Shown piece by piece: positions 34,503 to 44,155 of a stretch of DNA of 64,000 nt. Where the stretch lies: the IMG/VR virus record IMGVR_UViG_3300012209_000008, positions 2,026 to 66,025 of that record; one strand, 5' to 3'. Source of the stretch: a virus. Position numbers and translations under genes: made by a program. The notes beneath the pieces were generated by a model. That model saw only the letters and a program-made list of their open reading frames with translations. It was not told the DNA's origin and did no database searches. Within the stretch, counting starts at the first letter, position 1; each line of letters begins with the position of its first letter.

Positions 34503-35028
34503 CGAAGTGACCTCTTCCATAAACAAGCGCTAGACCACGCCGGATCTGTTGCTGGCGTTTGGCGCTCATAAATTGATATATGGTCAACTGAATGCCACGG
34601 GCGCGTGCACCACCGCACGACCATTCCCAAATCAACTTGTTGGGACCATTAGCGTGGCGTCGTAGATAACCGCCAAACCAATCAAAGAGTCGTTGAAGAG
34701 GCTCCCGATTCACTTGTACTGCGCTGACCCCTTTTCCAAAACACCCTTCCCCCTCCAGAAACCCGGCTGCCCAAGTTACATCCTTGGTGCAGGGTCTGAT
34801 ACTGGATAGGCGAGTGTGCTTAGCACTACTACCTAACCGCAATGCGTGGGCAGACCGGAGCATCCGACACACGGTCTGCTGGCGTTCATCTTTTCCCATA
34901 GCCCGCCACCGCCGCTGGTTAGCAGCAGAAACGCCTGCTGACACTAGTTTTCTGTAGGTAGGATCCTGCCATCGACGCCTCGCGGCATCTCGGTCCCTGA
35001 TTCCACCAGTGCCTTTGGGTCTGGCCAT
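34495..35028 (-). mobile_element. free-standing LAGLIDADG-type homing endonuclease
   Basis: VTWAAGFLEGEGCF motif, LQRLFDWFGG, and a basic N-terminal arm. Visibly lower GC than flanking genes. Confidence 0.8.
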
Positions 35029-35031
35029 GGC

Positions 35032-35337
35032 TCAGCGCTCCGCGTCGGTGAAGGCTTCGTCCAGATCCGCGTGCGGGATCTGCCCCACGGTCAACGCCAC
35101 CCCCGTCTGCGCGGCCTGGCCCGCGTTCAAGCGCGCCAACGCCAACACGCTGAACAGCCGGGTGTACATCATCTGAAACAACATCCAGGGGATGATCCCG
35201 TCACTGGTCGGCCAACTGGGGCTGAGGTACGGCATCCCGGGGTAGAAAAAGCAGAACCGAGCCACCTGGAGCCCGTAGTCCACCGACACGGTGGCCTGCT
35301 TGAGCCGCTGGGCGCGCCGGAGTCCTTCCGCCGTCAT
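35032..35337 (-). CDS. tail assembly chaperone, frameshifted C-terminal part (gpT-like)
   Basis: Lies in the -1 frame of 35337..35732, and that frame is open back to the slippery site. Confidence 0.7.
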   Translation of the reverse strand: MTAEGLRRAQRLKQATVSVDYGLQVARFCFFYPGMPYLSPSWPTSDGIIPWMLFQMMYTRLFSVLALARLNAGQAAQTGVALTVGQIPHADLDEAFTDAER

Positions 35338-35732
35338 CAGTCCCCAGCCGCCGTCATCGCGGTCGGCGGCGCCGCGCTCTCGCCCACCGGCCGCTCCGTC
35401 CGTTCCAGCGGTAGCGTCCGGGCCGGTCGGGGCCGCCGCTGGGAGGCCAAAAAATCGGCCATCGCTTCCTGGACCCCCTGCGGGGTCAGGTCCATGATCT
35501 TGTCCACCACCGGCGCCGGGAACATGGACCCCAGGATCTCCCGGAACACCCCCTCTACCCGCGCCAACATGCCCTGGCTGTTCTCGTCCAGCGCCGCCAC
35601 CTCGGCGAGCTTGGTCTGGTTCTCGGCCATCTGATGATGGCTGAGGATCTTGCCCGTGTACACGTTGCCGTCTAGGTCCGTGAAGGTGGGGGGCTTCAGC
35701 GCATTGCGATACTCCCGAGCATCAAAGGCCAT
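35337..35732 (-). CDS. tail assembly chaperone (gpG-like)
   Basis: Between the major tail gene and the tape measure; slippery T TTT TTG at 35454-35448. Confidence 0.75.
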   Translation of the reverse strand: MAFDAREYRNALKPPTFTDLDGNVYTGKILSHHQMAENQTKLAEVAALDENSQGMLARVEGVFREILGSMFPAPVVDKIMDLTPQGVQEAMADFLASQRRPRPARTLPLERTERPVGESAAPPTAMTAAGD

Positions 35733-35914
35733 ACGTCCGGCTCCTTCCCACTGGGGAACACGTGTCTGGGGTTGCAGAGCACCGGGCCGGGCAGGGCGCC
35801 GCGGCGGGCGGAGGAGCCGGTAAGGAGAGGTGCGCGGTGATCTCGCGGTCGCGCCCCCGCGGATCCGCTTGCGCGGACCGGACTAGGCCTAGCGTGCGCC
35901 CGAGCCGCTAGAAC

Positions 35915-36958
35915 CTAGTTGAAGACAATGTTGTAGTCGTCATTGGCCGTGGGGGTGCTCGTGGTGAGCTGATAGGTCAGCGTCACCGTGGCCGCCTCCC
36001 CGTCCTTGCCCTCCTTCACATCGATCAAGAAGGCCTGGGGCGCCGTAAAGGTCCACTTGTTGTACTGGACACTGCCCACCGTGAAGGCGATGTTGACGGT
36101 CGGGGGCTGGGCCGCGAGTGTCCCGTACCCACCCGCCTGCATCTCGTAGGGGTTGAGGGTGGTGGCCCCGGACCAGGGCGCCGCCACCGTCAACGTATCC
36201 TCCTCCAACTCAATGATCAGCTCCGCGTCCCGCCGTCCCACGCCGAAGCCAATGTGGCCGAGCGCCGGAGCGGGCCCGCTGATGTCCAGCCGCGGATGGA
36301 TGCTGAGCTTCTTCTTGAACTCGATCTTGCGCACCTTGCCCGGCGTGTAGCTGCCGATGGTGAGCGCAATCCCCACCCCTTCCGGTGGGAACACGGTGGA
36401 GTTGTAGGTGATGGCCGGGACGGCCACATCCGTCGGCGAGACATCCAGCCGTCCGTCCACCGTGAACAGGAAGTGGGGAATGCCGGCCTTTTCCAGCGTG
36501 AAGGCAAAGTCCGCATAGGCCCCCACGATGGGCCACAGCTGCCCGCGGCTGTAGGCGGAAAAGAAGCCACTGGAGTAGGGCGGTGGCCCGCTGAAGGGGG
36601 TGTAGGTCCACTTCTCGGAGCCGCCCGCGAAGCTCCCGGCCGCCGTGTGCCCGGCCATCTGGAGGAGGACGTGGGAGTCCAGCGGCACCACGCTTGCGCT
36701 GTAGGCGGCGCCCGCGCCCCGCGCCTCAATCTCTACCGGGAACTTGACCACGCGGCCACGCGGCGCCACCCGGAGCCACGGCGCCCCGGAGCCGACCGCC
36801 GGAATCCGCTCGCCCTTGGAGGCCCAGTCATACGTCATGAGCGCTTCCTTGGCCATCAGGATCCCGTCGGTCCCGGCCACCAGCGAGCCGCCGCTGGCAT
36901 AGGTCGCCTCCACCTTGCCCAGCAGCCCTAAAAGGATGACCTGCTTTTTGCTCGACGT
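35915..36958 (-). CDS. major tail (tube) protein; start probably ACG at 36958
   Basis: (M)SSKKQVILLGLLGKVEATYASG...; ...WTFTAPQAFL...TVTLTYQL. AGGAGG SD lies 5 nt before the ACG; none before the GTG at 36913. Confidence 0.8.
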   Translation of the reverse strand, partial: TSSKKQVILLGLLGKVEATYASGGSLVAGTDGILMAKEALMTYDWASKGERIPAVGSGAPWLRVAPRGRVVKFPVEIEARGAGAAYSASVVPLDSHVLLQMAGHTAAGSFAGGSEKWTYTPFSGPPPYSSGFFSAYSRGQLWPIVGAYADFAFTLEKAGIPHFLFTVDGRLDVSPTDVAVPAITYNSTVFPPEGVGIALTIGSYTPGKVRKIEFKKKLSIHPRLDISGPAPALGHIGFGVGRRDAELIIELEEDTLTVAAPWSGATTLNPYEMQAGGYGTLAAQPPTVNIAFTVGSVQYNKWTFTAPQAFLIDVKEGKDGEAATVTLTYQLTTSTPTANDDYNIVFN

Positions 36959-36967
36959 AGGCGCCTC

Positions 36968-37351
36968 CTACTTTCTGGGCTTGGGGGACGGCGCTGGCGC
37001 CTCCTGTCCCTCCCGGATCCGTTGGGCGGTCACGGCCGCCTTGCCAGCGGCTTTCCGCTGCTCCAGGACCCACTGCCGGGCAGCCGCCTCTCCGCTCGCT
37101 AAGACCTCCGCCGGCACCTCCACCGGCGCATCCGCGTCCGGAATCCCCGGGCCCCGATGGCCCCCCTTCATGAGGGTCCCGTCGGCGGCGCGGTGATCCA
37201 GTTCGGTGGCCGGCATCAGCACATGGGGAATGTTGCGCGCTTCCAACTCCGCCTTGTGCCACGCGGCCACGGCGGCGCGGTAGTCCGGCGCTTCGGCCAG
37301 TTCGGGTGGCACGGGGACTTCCTGGCCGCCCATGATGATCACTTCTGGCAT
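36968..37351 (-). CDS. hypothetical virion-associated protein
   Basis: ATG at 37351 with a GAGGAG SD. Confidence 0.6.
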   Translation of the reverse strand: MPEVIIMGGQEVPVPPELAEAPDYRAAVAAWHKAELEARNIPHVLMPATELDHRAADGTLMKGGHRGPGIPDADAPVEVPAEVLASGEAAARQWVLEQRKAAGKAAVTAQRIREGQEAPAPSPKPRK

Positions 37352-37358
37352 AGGCTCC

Positions 37359-37913
37359 TCATGCCCAGGCATCCCGCAGTTGGAGGTCCAGCTCCACCAC
37401 CCCGCGGATGACCCCGGCGCCGATGCCCTGCAGCGTGGGGCCAAAGCGGATCCGCTGACAGTTGCGAATCTCCATCGTGTTGCGGACCCGCTGGAGCTGA
37501 TTGGAGTCAAGGAGAAAGGTCTGCGTGCTCGCGACGATGGCCCGGAGCGTATACCAGCTCATGGCGTCGGCCACCTCGGAGTCGTGCTTCTGGGTGACGT
37601 AGGCCACCAGGAACGTCGCATTGGCATCCCGCACCGCTTGGGGTGGGAGCGTCCGCACCTGGCCCTCAAAGTCCCCCGGGGAACTCTGCCCCACCAAGAT
37701 GATCGGGAACTTCACCGCGGGATCCGGCTCGCCGCGGGCCACCTTGGCGTTCCGCGTCGGGTCCAGCACCGCCACGATCCGGTCCGGTCGCTTGTCCTGG
37801 GCATCCAGCGGCACCTTGGCCAGCCAGGTGTTGATGGACTGATCCTGGCCAGCGGCGTCCTTCAGGAGCCCGCTGTACCAATCCGTCAGGAGCCGGATGC
37901 CTTCCAGAATCAA
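37359..37913 (-). CDS. tail terminator / completion protein
   Basis: TTG start overlapping the upstream stop; FPIILVG...ATFLVAYV...VVELDLQL; position before the tail tube. Confidence 0.6.
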   Translation of the reverse strand: MILEGIRLLTDWYSGLLKDAAGQDQSINTWLAKVPLDAQDKRPDRIVAVLDPTRNAKVARGEPDPAVKFPIILVGQSSPGDFEGQVRTLPPQAVRDANATFLVAYVTQKHDSEVADAMSWYTLRAIVASTQTFLLDSNQLQRVRNTMEIRNCQRIRFGPTLQGIGAGVIRGVVELDLQLRDAWA

Positions 37914-38464
37914 CTCGGCGGCGCTCCTTCCACGATGTAGTCCCGCATCATCTGGGCCCACTGCTCGATCAATGGCGCAGGCATCACGGGCGGAATGAGG
38001 ATGCGCGGCGGCACAATCTTGGGCACGGCGAACTGGGCCCGCCCCCAGCCGCTGACCGTGAACCCGGACTGATGGGCCAGCGCGTAGGGAAAGCCTGTGT
38101 CGCTTTGGACGGCGGTGCCGCGGACATAGACTTGCGTCGTGGTGCCCTGGCCGCCGATGGCCGAGATCCCTGCGTTGCCCGGCGTCGGCTTGACCAGGCT
38201 GGCCCAGAGCCGGTCGAACAGCCGGAGGATCCCCATGTTGCCCCGGCCCAGCCGGGCTTTGGCCGCCAGTGTCGCGTCGGTCAGCGGCGGCCAGGGGAAT
38301 CCGCCCGCGTTGCCGTTGGTGGCAAACTGCTCCTCGAAGAAGCGATCCAGCGACGGCTTCACCCCGCCCAGCCAGACCGGCGTCAGGTCCTTGGCGCGCT
38401 CCGCGAGCCCCGTGATCAGGTTGAGCGCGGGACCGACGGTGATCTGGGCGGACAGCTCCAGCAC
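37910..38464 (-). CDS. phage virion morphogenesis (neck) protein
   Basis: FEEQFATNGNAGGFPWPPLTDAT...GILRLFDRLWASL...YALAHQSG...PPRILI. Confidence 0.75.
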   Translation of the reverse strand: MLELSAQITVGPALNLITGLAERAKDLTPVWLGGVKPSLDRFFEEQFATNGNAGGFPWPPLTDATLAAKARLGRGNMGILRLFDRLWASLVKPTPGNAGISAIGGQGTTTQVYVRGTAVQSDTGFPYALAHQSGFTVSGWGRAQFAVPKIVPPRILIPPVMPAPLIEQWAQMMRDYIVEGAPPS

Positions 38465-38479
38465 GCACCGCTCCTCCGC

Positions 38480-38764
38480 CTACGGCCGAATGGCAAAGAT
38501 CACGTACACGCCCCCCGGCGGCACGTTGGCCACGGCCGTGAGGTTGCCCCAGAGCAGGGCCAACGTGTCCTTGGCGCTGACGCGGGCCCCGATCAGTCCG
38601 CAGTTGGTCCCGGCGCCCGGTGGCGAGACGGCCACCACGTCCCCGGGCAAGAGGCCGGGCACGATGAAGGTCTGTTCCGTGGCGCCCAACGCCGCCGCCA
38701 GCGCCGCGGGCGTCAGCGTCAGCGCATAGACCCGGATGCTGTCACCAAGATTGGTACCCGTCAT
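38480..38764 (-). CDS. small beta-rich structural protein
   Basis: TFIVPGLLPGDVVAVSPP...ARVSAKDTLAL. Confidence 0.6.
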   Translation of the reverse strand: MTGTNLGDSIRVYALTLTPAALAAALGATEQTFIVPGLLPGDVVAVSPPGAGTNCGLIGARVSAKDTLALLWGNLTAVANVPPGGVYVIFAIRP

Positions 38765-38777
38765 GTGCGTGCTCCCC

Positions 38778-39290
38778 TTAGAGGGCCCAGTTGGTGGGCC
38801 GCGAGTCGTACGGCTTCAGCCAGCGCCCAAAGGACGGCGGGAATGGATCGTCCACGCTCTCCGCGTAGGACCGTGTCAGCCCGGATTGCCCGCCCTCGGA
38901 CCGCACCCCGGGATCCCGGTCCCACTGCTTGGCGCGCCAGCGGAGCGTCTCGGCAATCTCCCGCTTCATGGCCTTGACCAGCCCCACGTCCGTTTGCGCA
39001 TCGGCGCTGTCCGGCATATACCCGATCAGGTACACCAACTGCCCGCCGCCGATGTCCGTCGCAAAGCCCCGGGGCGTGAACACAAAGGACGGCCGTTGGG
39101 TGAAGCCGAGGGGCGGCGAGGCCACGGGCTGGAGCAACGTGTAGCGGGCATCGTGGTAGTGGCGGGTGTAGAGCGCGATCACGTCGTCCTCGACCAGCGG
39201 CGCCAACTCCTCCACCACCGGCGCGTCCCGCAAGGACGGCGGCAGCAGCTGGAGGTCGGCAGGATCCGTGGGGTCGAAGTAGGTCGCCAC
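38778..39290 (-). CDS. head-tail adaptor
   Basis: MKREIAETLRW...VRSEGGQSGLTRSY...RWLKPY; second gene after the capsid gene. Confidence 0.65.
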   Translation of the reverse strand: MATYFDPTDPADLQLLPPSLRDAPVVEELAPLVEDDVIALYTRHYHDARYTLLQPVASPPLGFTQRPSFVFTPRGFATDIGGGQLVYLIGYMPDSADAQTDVGLVKAMKREIAETLRWRAKQWDRDPGVRSEGGQSGLTRSYAESVDDPFPPSFGRWLKPYDSRPTNWAL

Positions 39291-39295
39291 GCACG

Positions 39296-39700
39296 CTACT
39301 CGTCCGCCTCACTGCTGCTCGGGGCTGCCCGGCTCTTCCGACTCGGCTCCGGGGCCTTCCGGCGCGCGGGCGCCTCGCCCAGCGCGTGTCCGGCCCCGTC
39401 CATCCAGGGCACCTGCCCCTCGGGCCAGGGCGTGTGGACGGCGGGATCGAAGGCCGTGCTGGGGATCCGCATGACCGCCCCGGGGATCTCGGGGTGTTCG
39501 ATGAGGGTCTCACCGCTGTTGGCTACTGGCACCTCAGCCATAACCCGTCGGGCCTCCAGCAGAGCGTGAACAGGTTCCGGACGGGCACCGCCCCCGTGGA
39601 CCCGGATCAGTGACTGCGTGGCGCCATAGAACCGCGGTGGACGCGCCTCGGGAGGCGCGGTCCGAGGCTTCAACTCCTCTGGCCGCGCCTCCCGCATCAT
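39296..39700 (-). CDS. hypothetical protein downstream of capsid gene
   Basis: IEHPEIPGAVMRIPSTAFDPAVHTPW. Confidence 0.55.
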   Translation of the reverse strand: MMREARPEELKPRTAPPEARPPRFYGATQSLIRVHGGGARPEPVHALLEARRVMAEVPVANSGETLIEHPEIPGAVMRIPSTAFDPAVHTPWPEGQVPWMDGAGHALGEAPARRKAPEPSRKSRAAPSSSEADE

Positions 39701-39709
39701 CCCGCCCCG

Positions 39710-40927
39710 TTACCCGAGGATCCGGGCCGCGAGCGACGCCCGCGGCATCCGGGCGCCGAACAGGATGTCGTAGCTGAACGTCGTCTGCTTGTAGTCGCGG
39801 CGCAGTTCCAGCCGGAGCGTCAGGCCCGAGATCGGGTCGATGGCCGACTGGATGATGCTGCCGAGCCCCTCAGCACTGCCCACCAGCGGCCGATTCGCGA
39901 AGGCGAACGCGTCCCGGTGGAACAGGAGGTTGTTCACGGAGGTCGTCGCCGCCGCCGTCCCGACCGCCGTGGCGACCGTGATGGCCTCGCCCCCCGCCGT
40001 CGCCCCGGCCAAGGCCGGGAAGATGTTGACGGTGGTGTTGGCGCCCTGCGTGACGGTGACCGCCGTGGCCACGGCGTAGAACCCGGCCGCGGGCCCGGTG
40101 GCGATCTGAATGACGTCGCCCACCGCGGCCGCCCAGCTGACCCCGGCCCCCTTGGCGATGGAGAGCGTCTGCTGCACGCCGCTGGCTGCCACCGCATTGA
40201 CGCCGTTGGCCGTGAGGGCCCCGGCACCCACCAGTGCGGTGGTGTGGCTCTGGACGTTCTGGTCCAGGTACCAGTCCGCCCCTACCCGGTGGCCGATGAG
40301 CCCCTGGACGATCCCGGCCTGATCCCCGGTGGAGTAGGCCTGGAGGAACAGCGCCAGGTTCAGCGCGTTGGCCTCCGCGTCCGGCCCCAGGATCACCCGG
40401 CGATCCGTGAACGGCGCCGGGGCCTTGTTGAGGAGCTTGCGCCCGTCTCGGTAGGCCGCCAGATCCGCCGCGAAGGGCGTTGTGGCGGGTGTCCCGGCCA
40501 CGTTGTAGATCAATTGCAGCGCGGTAGACGGGCCCCCGGTCTCCGACCCGTCCGGCAGCTGGAGCATGAACGTGTCGGCGTAGTTGGCCAGGGACTTGAT
40601 GGCCTCGGAGGCCTGCATCGGGATGATGCCGCCCATGGCTTCCAGCGCGTCCTTGTCGGACAGCTGGAAGGGCGCCTCGATCCACTGGTCCATCGGGATG
40701 TTGACCTTGGTGGGACCGAGGTCAGCAGCCTGGGGCGGAACGGCCGCGGCCACGACAGCTCGTGTGGACACGGCGCTGGGGATCGGCACGTCGATCGACG
40801 TCCCCTTGTCCCCGGCAATGTCAGAATAGGCGGCATTCACCAACCGCGCCATGATGGCCTGTTGCCGCAGCGCCAGGAGGCCCTGCGCCAGGATCTGGGG
40901 GATGGCGGCCGCGAGGGTATTGGCCAC
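39710..40927 (-). CDS. major capsid protein (P22 coat-protein-like, HK97 fold)
   Basis: MANTLAAAIPQILAQGLLALR...KGTSIDVPIP...NNLLFHRDAFAFANRPL...TTFSYDILFG. Confidence 0.88.
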   Translation of the reverse strand: MANTLAAAIPQILAQGLLALRQQAIMARLVNAAYSDIAGDKGTSIDVPIPSAVSTRAVVAAAVPPQAADLGPTKVNIPMDQWIEAPFQLSDKDALEAMGGIIPMQASEAIKSLANYADTFMLQLPDGSETGGPSTALQLIYNVAGTPATTPFAADLAAYRDGRKLLNKAPAPFTDRRVILGPDAEANALNLALFLQAYSTGDQAGIVQGLIGHRVGADWYLDQNVQSHTTALVGAGALTANGVNAVAASGVQQTLSIAKGAGVSWAAAVGDVIQIATGPAAGFYAVATAVTVTQGANTTVNIFPALAGATAGGEAITVATAVGTAAATTSVNNLLFHRDAFAFANRPLVGSAEGLGSIIQSAIDPISGLTLRLELRRDYKQTTFSYDILFGARMPRASLAARILG

Positions 40928-41105
40928 GGGCGGTCCTCTCCAAGACGTTGTTCGGGCGCTTCAGTGCTGCGCCGCGCTCCACCGGCCGCGGTCACGCCCC
41001 GGTCCAACGTCCCCTCGGGCGGAGAGGTCCCCCGAGCCAACGGAGGGAATCAACAGGCCCACGCCGCGCACTCGCGCCCGCGGCGGAAAAGCTGTCTGGC
41101 TCTAC

Positions 41106-42011
41106 CTACTCCGACACGCCCGGCATCGCCACCTTCACCGTGCCCGCGGCGATGTCTTCGAGGTTGCGCCCGAACTCCCGCGCCGCCTCCGGCGTGTTCC
41201 CGCCTTGAATGACCTTGCTCCGGCCCGCCCCGCCGCCCCCGGCGGCCTGCTGGAACCCGGCGCCGCGCTGCTTGGATTGAACAGCGTAGCGGGGGTGGGT
41301 CTTGATCCAGTCCTCCAGTAGTTCCCGCGGCGTCATCCAGGGCGGCTCCCCCTCCCCACGGCGCTTCCCGCTGATGCGCCAGGGGTTGGGATCGTCCTCG
41401 GGCTTGGACGGGTCGCAGGCGAAGACGCGCTTGGACTCCGGATCGTAGGCCACCTGGCCCACGAGCAGCTTCACGATCTCCGGCATGTCCCCGTTCATCC
41501 CCTTGCACAGCTCGGGATCCACCCCCACGTCCAGTGCCGCATCCACCACGGCGCGCTCCATCAGCAGCTGCCGGGCCCCGGCCACTTCCGTGGTGAGGGT
41601 GGTCCGCTCCTCCTGGAGGGGCTTGAGGTCCTGCTCTTCCCATTCCCGCCGAAACTGGTCCCGGTAGCGCTGGATGGTCGTGGGATCCGGCTCACCCGCA
41701 CCGGCTCCCGCGCCCCCCGTTCCACCACCGGCACCCGCACCACCCCCCTTGTCGCCCCCGGCCCCGGCCCCACCCGCTCCGCCGTTCCCGGCCGAGGCCA
41801 CGCCCCAGGTGCGGAGCGCTTGGGCCCGGAATTCGGCGTCGGTGAGGAGTTCGGTGGCCGAGTTCTGACGGAACTTGGCGAAGGCATCGTCGTGTGACTT
41901 GCGGGGGATGTAGTCTTTCTCTACGACGGCCGTGGGCATGAAGCCATCCGGCAGGATGGTCTCAAACGGCTTTCCATCGGGTCCGGTTACGGTGATCTTC
42001 TCACCAGCCAC
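41106..42011 (-). CDS. capsid scaffolding protein
   Basis: Gly-rich linker plus coiled coil; C-terminal NLEDIAAGTVKV; directly upstream of the capsid gene. Confidence 0.7.
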   Translation of the reverse strand: MAGEKITVTGPDGKPFETILPDGFMPTAVVEKDYIPRKSHDDAFAKFRQNSATELLTDAEFRAQALRTWGVASAGNGGAGGAGAGGDKGGGAGAGGGTGGAGAGAGEPDPTTIQRYRDQFRREWEEQDLKPLQEERTTLTTEVAGARQLLMERAVVDAALDVGVDPELCKGMNGDMPEIVKLLVGQVAYDPESKRVFACDPSKPEDDPNPWRISGKRRGEGEPPWMTPRELLEDWIKTHPRYAVQSKQRGAGFQQAAGGGGAGRSKVIQGGNTPEAAREFGRNLEDIAAGTVKVAMPGVSE

Positions 42012-42045
42012 GGGCGCATCCTCCGGCGTTTGAGAGTTCTGGCTT

Positions 42046-42237
42046 CTACGGTAAAAGCTTGGGGGCTCCGGCGCTAGCCCTCTCCACACATCCGCACCAC
42101 TCCGTCCAGCGCAATGTCACGGAACTTCCGTCGGCAAAGAGCCGGGCCACCTGCACGATCCGCTGCTCACACGTCGGACAGTAGTGCGCCGTGGGAACGG
42201 CGGCCAACGTGTTGTCGGGCAAGGTGACCTGGATCAT
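42046..42237 (-). CDS. small Cys-containing protein
   Basis: HYCPTCE...WCGC; ATGA overlap. Confidence 0.5.
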   Translation of the reverse strand: MIQVTLPDNTLAAVPTAHYCPTCEQRIVQVARLFADGSSVTLRWTEWCGCVERASAGAPKLLP

Positions 42238-43319
42238 GGAATCAACGTGGAGCCACGAAACACCGCGCTGAGTGCATCCTGGACGGTGCTGAGCCACGCC
42301 TCCTTGCTCATCCCTTTGCCCAGTGCGCGGCTCGTCTGCTTCCAGGCCTGTTCGTTCAGATCCCCCGCGGGCTTGGGATCATCCTTCGCCGACCAGCCCC
42401 GGGTCACCGGCATCCGCTCGCAGCGGTCAAAGGGATGCGGCGGCGCCGGCACGGCGTCCACCGGATAGACCCCGGGGCCCAAGCCATAGAAGTCTGCCCG
42501 CGCTAGAATATCACACTCGTCCGGGAGGATCTGCGTGCCGCGGTCCGGCGAGAGGCGCCACTGCACCGCCGCCACCAGCGGATCGTTCACGAAGTGTTGC
42601 ACCTCCGCCTCCGCCCGGGCATTCCACAACTCCGTATGAGCGATACGGCGCGCATTGAAGTCCACCTGCGCCGCGGCGCCCTGGAGCGCGCGAGGAATGG
42701 TGCGGCGGTCCAGCTTGGCCATGACTCCTTCCGGCGTCTCTACGTCATGAAACAGCGCGGCGAACGTGTCCGCCCCATCCACGTAGCGCCGCAGCCGGGA
42801 GGCCAGCTCGGGTGGGGAGATTCCGGCAGCGATCCCGTCCAGGATGATACGGTTGGCCTCCGCCGCGGCGTCTACCACGTCGCTCCGGAGCAGGGTGACC
42901 CAGTGATTGGCGGCATTGAGAGAGGCGTACTGATTCAGCATGGTGATGCTGGGGACCCGGACCGTGCCCAGCAGTGCCTCGGCTCCGGGGGCGTCGCCTA
43001 CCGCCTCGCGGATGGCGTCCTCCCAGATGCGCTGGACATCGGTATAGGCCAGCGCGCGGGCCTGCTCCGCCGCCGTCACCAACTCCCGCTCCAACGTGGC
43101 TGCCGTCTCCCGGGTGATCGCGGCAGCGTCTAATGCCGCGGCGCGCCGGACCTCGGCCATGTCCGCTACCCGGGCCTCCAGATTGTCCGCCCAGCGGCGG
43201 AGCGCCGCGGCCAGCGCCCGCCCCAACTCCACATCCAACGTGCCCATCCGGAGCCGGACGGCGCGGAGGGCATCTTGGTAGGTGCCCGCGATGTCCGCAT
43301 CGGTGGGCAGGTCCGGCAC
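42234..43319 (-). CDS. head morphogenesis protein (MuF / SPP1 gp7-like)
   Basis: ARRIAHTELWNA...VQWRLS...ECDILA...GPGVYP...PAPPHPFDRC. Confidence 0.85.
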   Translation of the reverse strand: MPDLPTDADIAGTYQDALRAVRLRMGTLDVELGRALAAALRRWADNLEARVADMAEVRRAAALDAAAITRETAATLERELVTAAEQARALAYTDVQRIWEDAIREAVGDAPGAEALLGTVRVPSITMLNQYASLNAANHWVTLLRSDVVDAAAEANRIILDGIAAGISPPELASRLRRYVDGADTFAALFHDVETPEGVMAKLDRRTIPRALQGAAAQVDFNARRIAHTELWNARAEAEVQHFVNDPLVAAVQWRLSPDRGTQILPDECDILARADFYGLGPGVYPVDAVPAPPHPFDRCERMPVTRGWSAKDDPKPAGDLNEQAWKQTSRALGKGMSKEAWLSTVQDALSAVFRGSTLIP

Positions 43320-43322
43320 GGC

Positions 43323-43499
43323 CTACTTGGCGGCTCGGACCTGCCCGCGCGCCGCCAGCCGCTGCATCACCTTCTTGCCGTGGGCCTTGATCCCGGCCTT
43401 GGCGGCCACGGCACCGGGATCCCGCGCGCCGGACGCGGCGGCCTTTTTCTCGATGGCCGCGAACCGCTTCCCCGACCCAAGCTTGGCTATTTTCGCCAC
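43323..43499 (-). CDS. small highly basic protein (58 aa)
   Basis: Hand-translated: MAKIAKLGSGKRFAAIEKKAASGARDPGAVAAKAGIKAHGKKVMQRLAARGQVRAAK; GGAGGG SD. Confidence 0.6.
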   Translation of the reverse strand: MAKIAKLGSGKRFAAIEKKAAASGARDPGAVAAKAGIKAHGKKVMQRLAARGQVRAAK

Positions 43500-44155
43500 G
43501 GTCCCTCCTGGACAATGGTCAACAGTGGATGGAGTTCCAGGCCGTTCGGCGCCACACCGGTCTGCCCGTGCAGCACATCAAAGAAACCCACCCCGGCAAG
43601 GGTCACCGGCACTGGCCGCCGCAGCCGACGGAACCGGACCGGCGGCAGTCCCAGGATCCCCCGAATGCTGGCGCGTACCGCCGCAAAGGCGGGCGCCCAG
43701 GCCGAGGCACAGGCCCGCGCACAGCGCGGATTGGGCGCCTCCACGATCATGGTCCGGGTGAGCGCGCCAGAATCAGCGATGACCAGGTGATAGTCGCTGT
43801 CGGCCTCGGCCTTCCACCCCACCACCATGACGTGCAGTAGGTAGATCGTCCGTTCCGTCGCCGCCCACATCCGTTGGGCAGCCGGATCTCGGTTGAGGAC
43901 ACGCCGCGTCTCCGGCAACGCACGCGGTGGCGGCCGGGGGATCCCCCGCAACGCGGCGACCGTCGTGAGCACGGCCACCGGGACAATCTCCCCGGTATCC
44001 GTGTCGGTCAGGGTCTTAACCGCCCAGCGCTCCGTCCCACATCGCCGTCCACAGGCTGGAGGGCCAGCCGTCGCTGACACCTGCGCGTTCGCTAGACTCG
44101 GCCCCACCAGGCCGAGGCTGGCCCCCGCGAGCCCGAAGAGGATCCTTAGCCGCAT
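43487..44155 (-). CDS. secreted conserved protein (OB-fold-like)
   Basis: Signal peptide; CGTERWAVKTLTD...DSDYHLVI...MIVEAP...GVGFFDVLHGQTGVAPNGLELHP. Confidence 0.7.
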   Translation of the reverse strand: MRLRILFGLAGASLGLVGPSLANAQVSATAGPPACGRRCGTERWAVKTLTDTDTGEIVPVAVLTTVAALRGIPRPPPRALPETRRVLNRDPAAQRMWAATERTIYLLHVMVVGWKAEADSDYHLVIADSGALTRTMIVEAPNPRCARACASAWAPAFAAVRASIRGILGLPPVRFRRLRRPVPVTLAGVGFFDVLHGQTGVAPNGLELHPLLTIVQEGPWRK

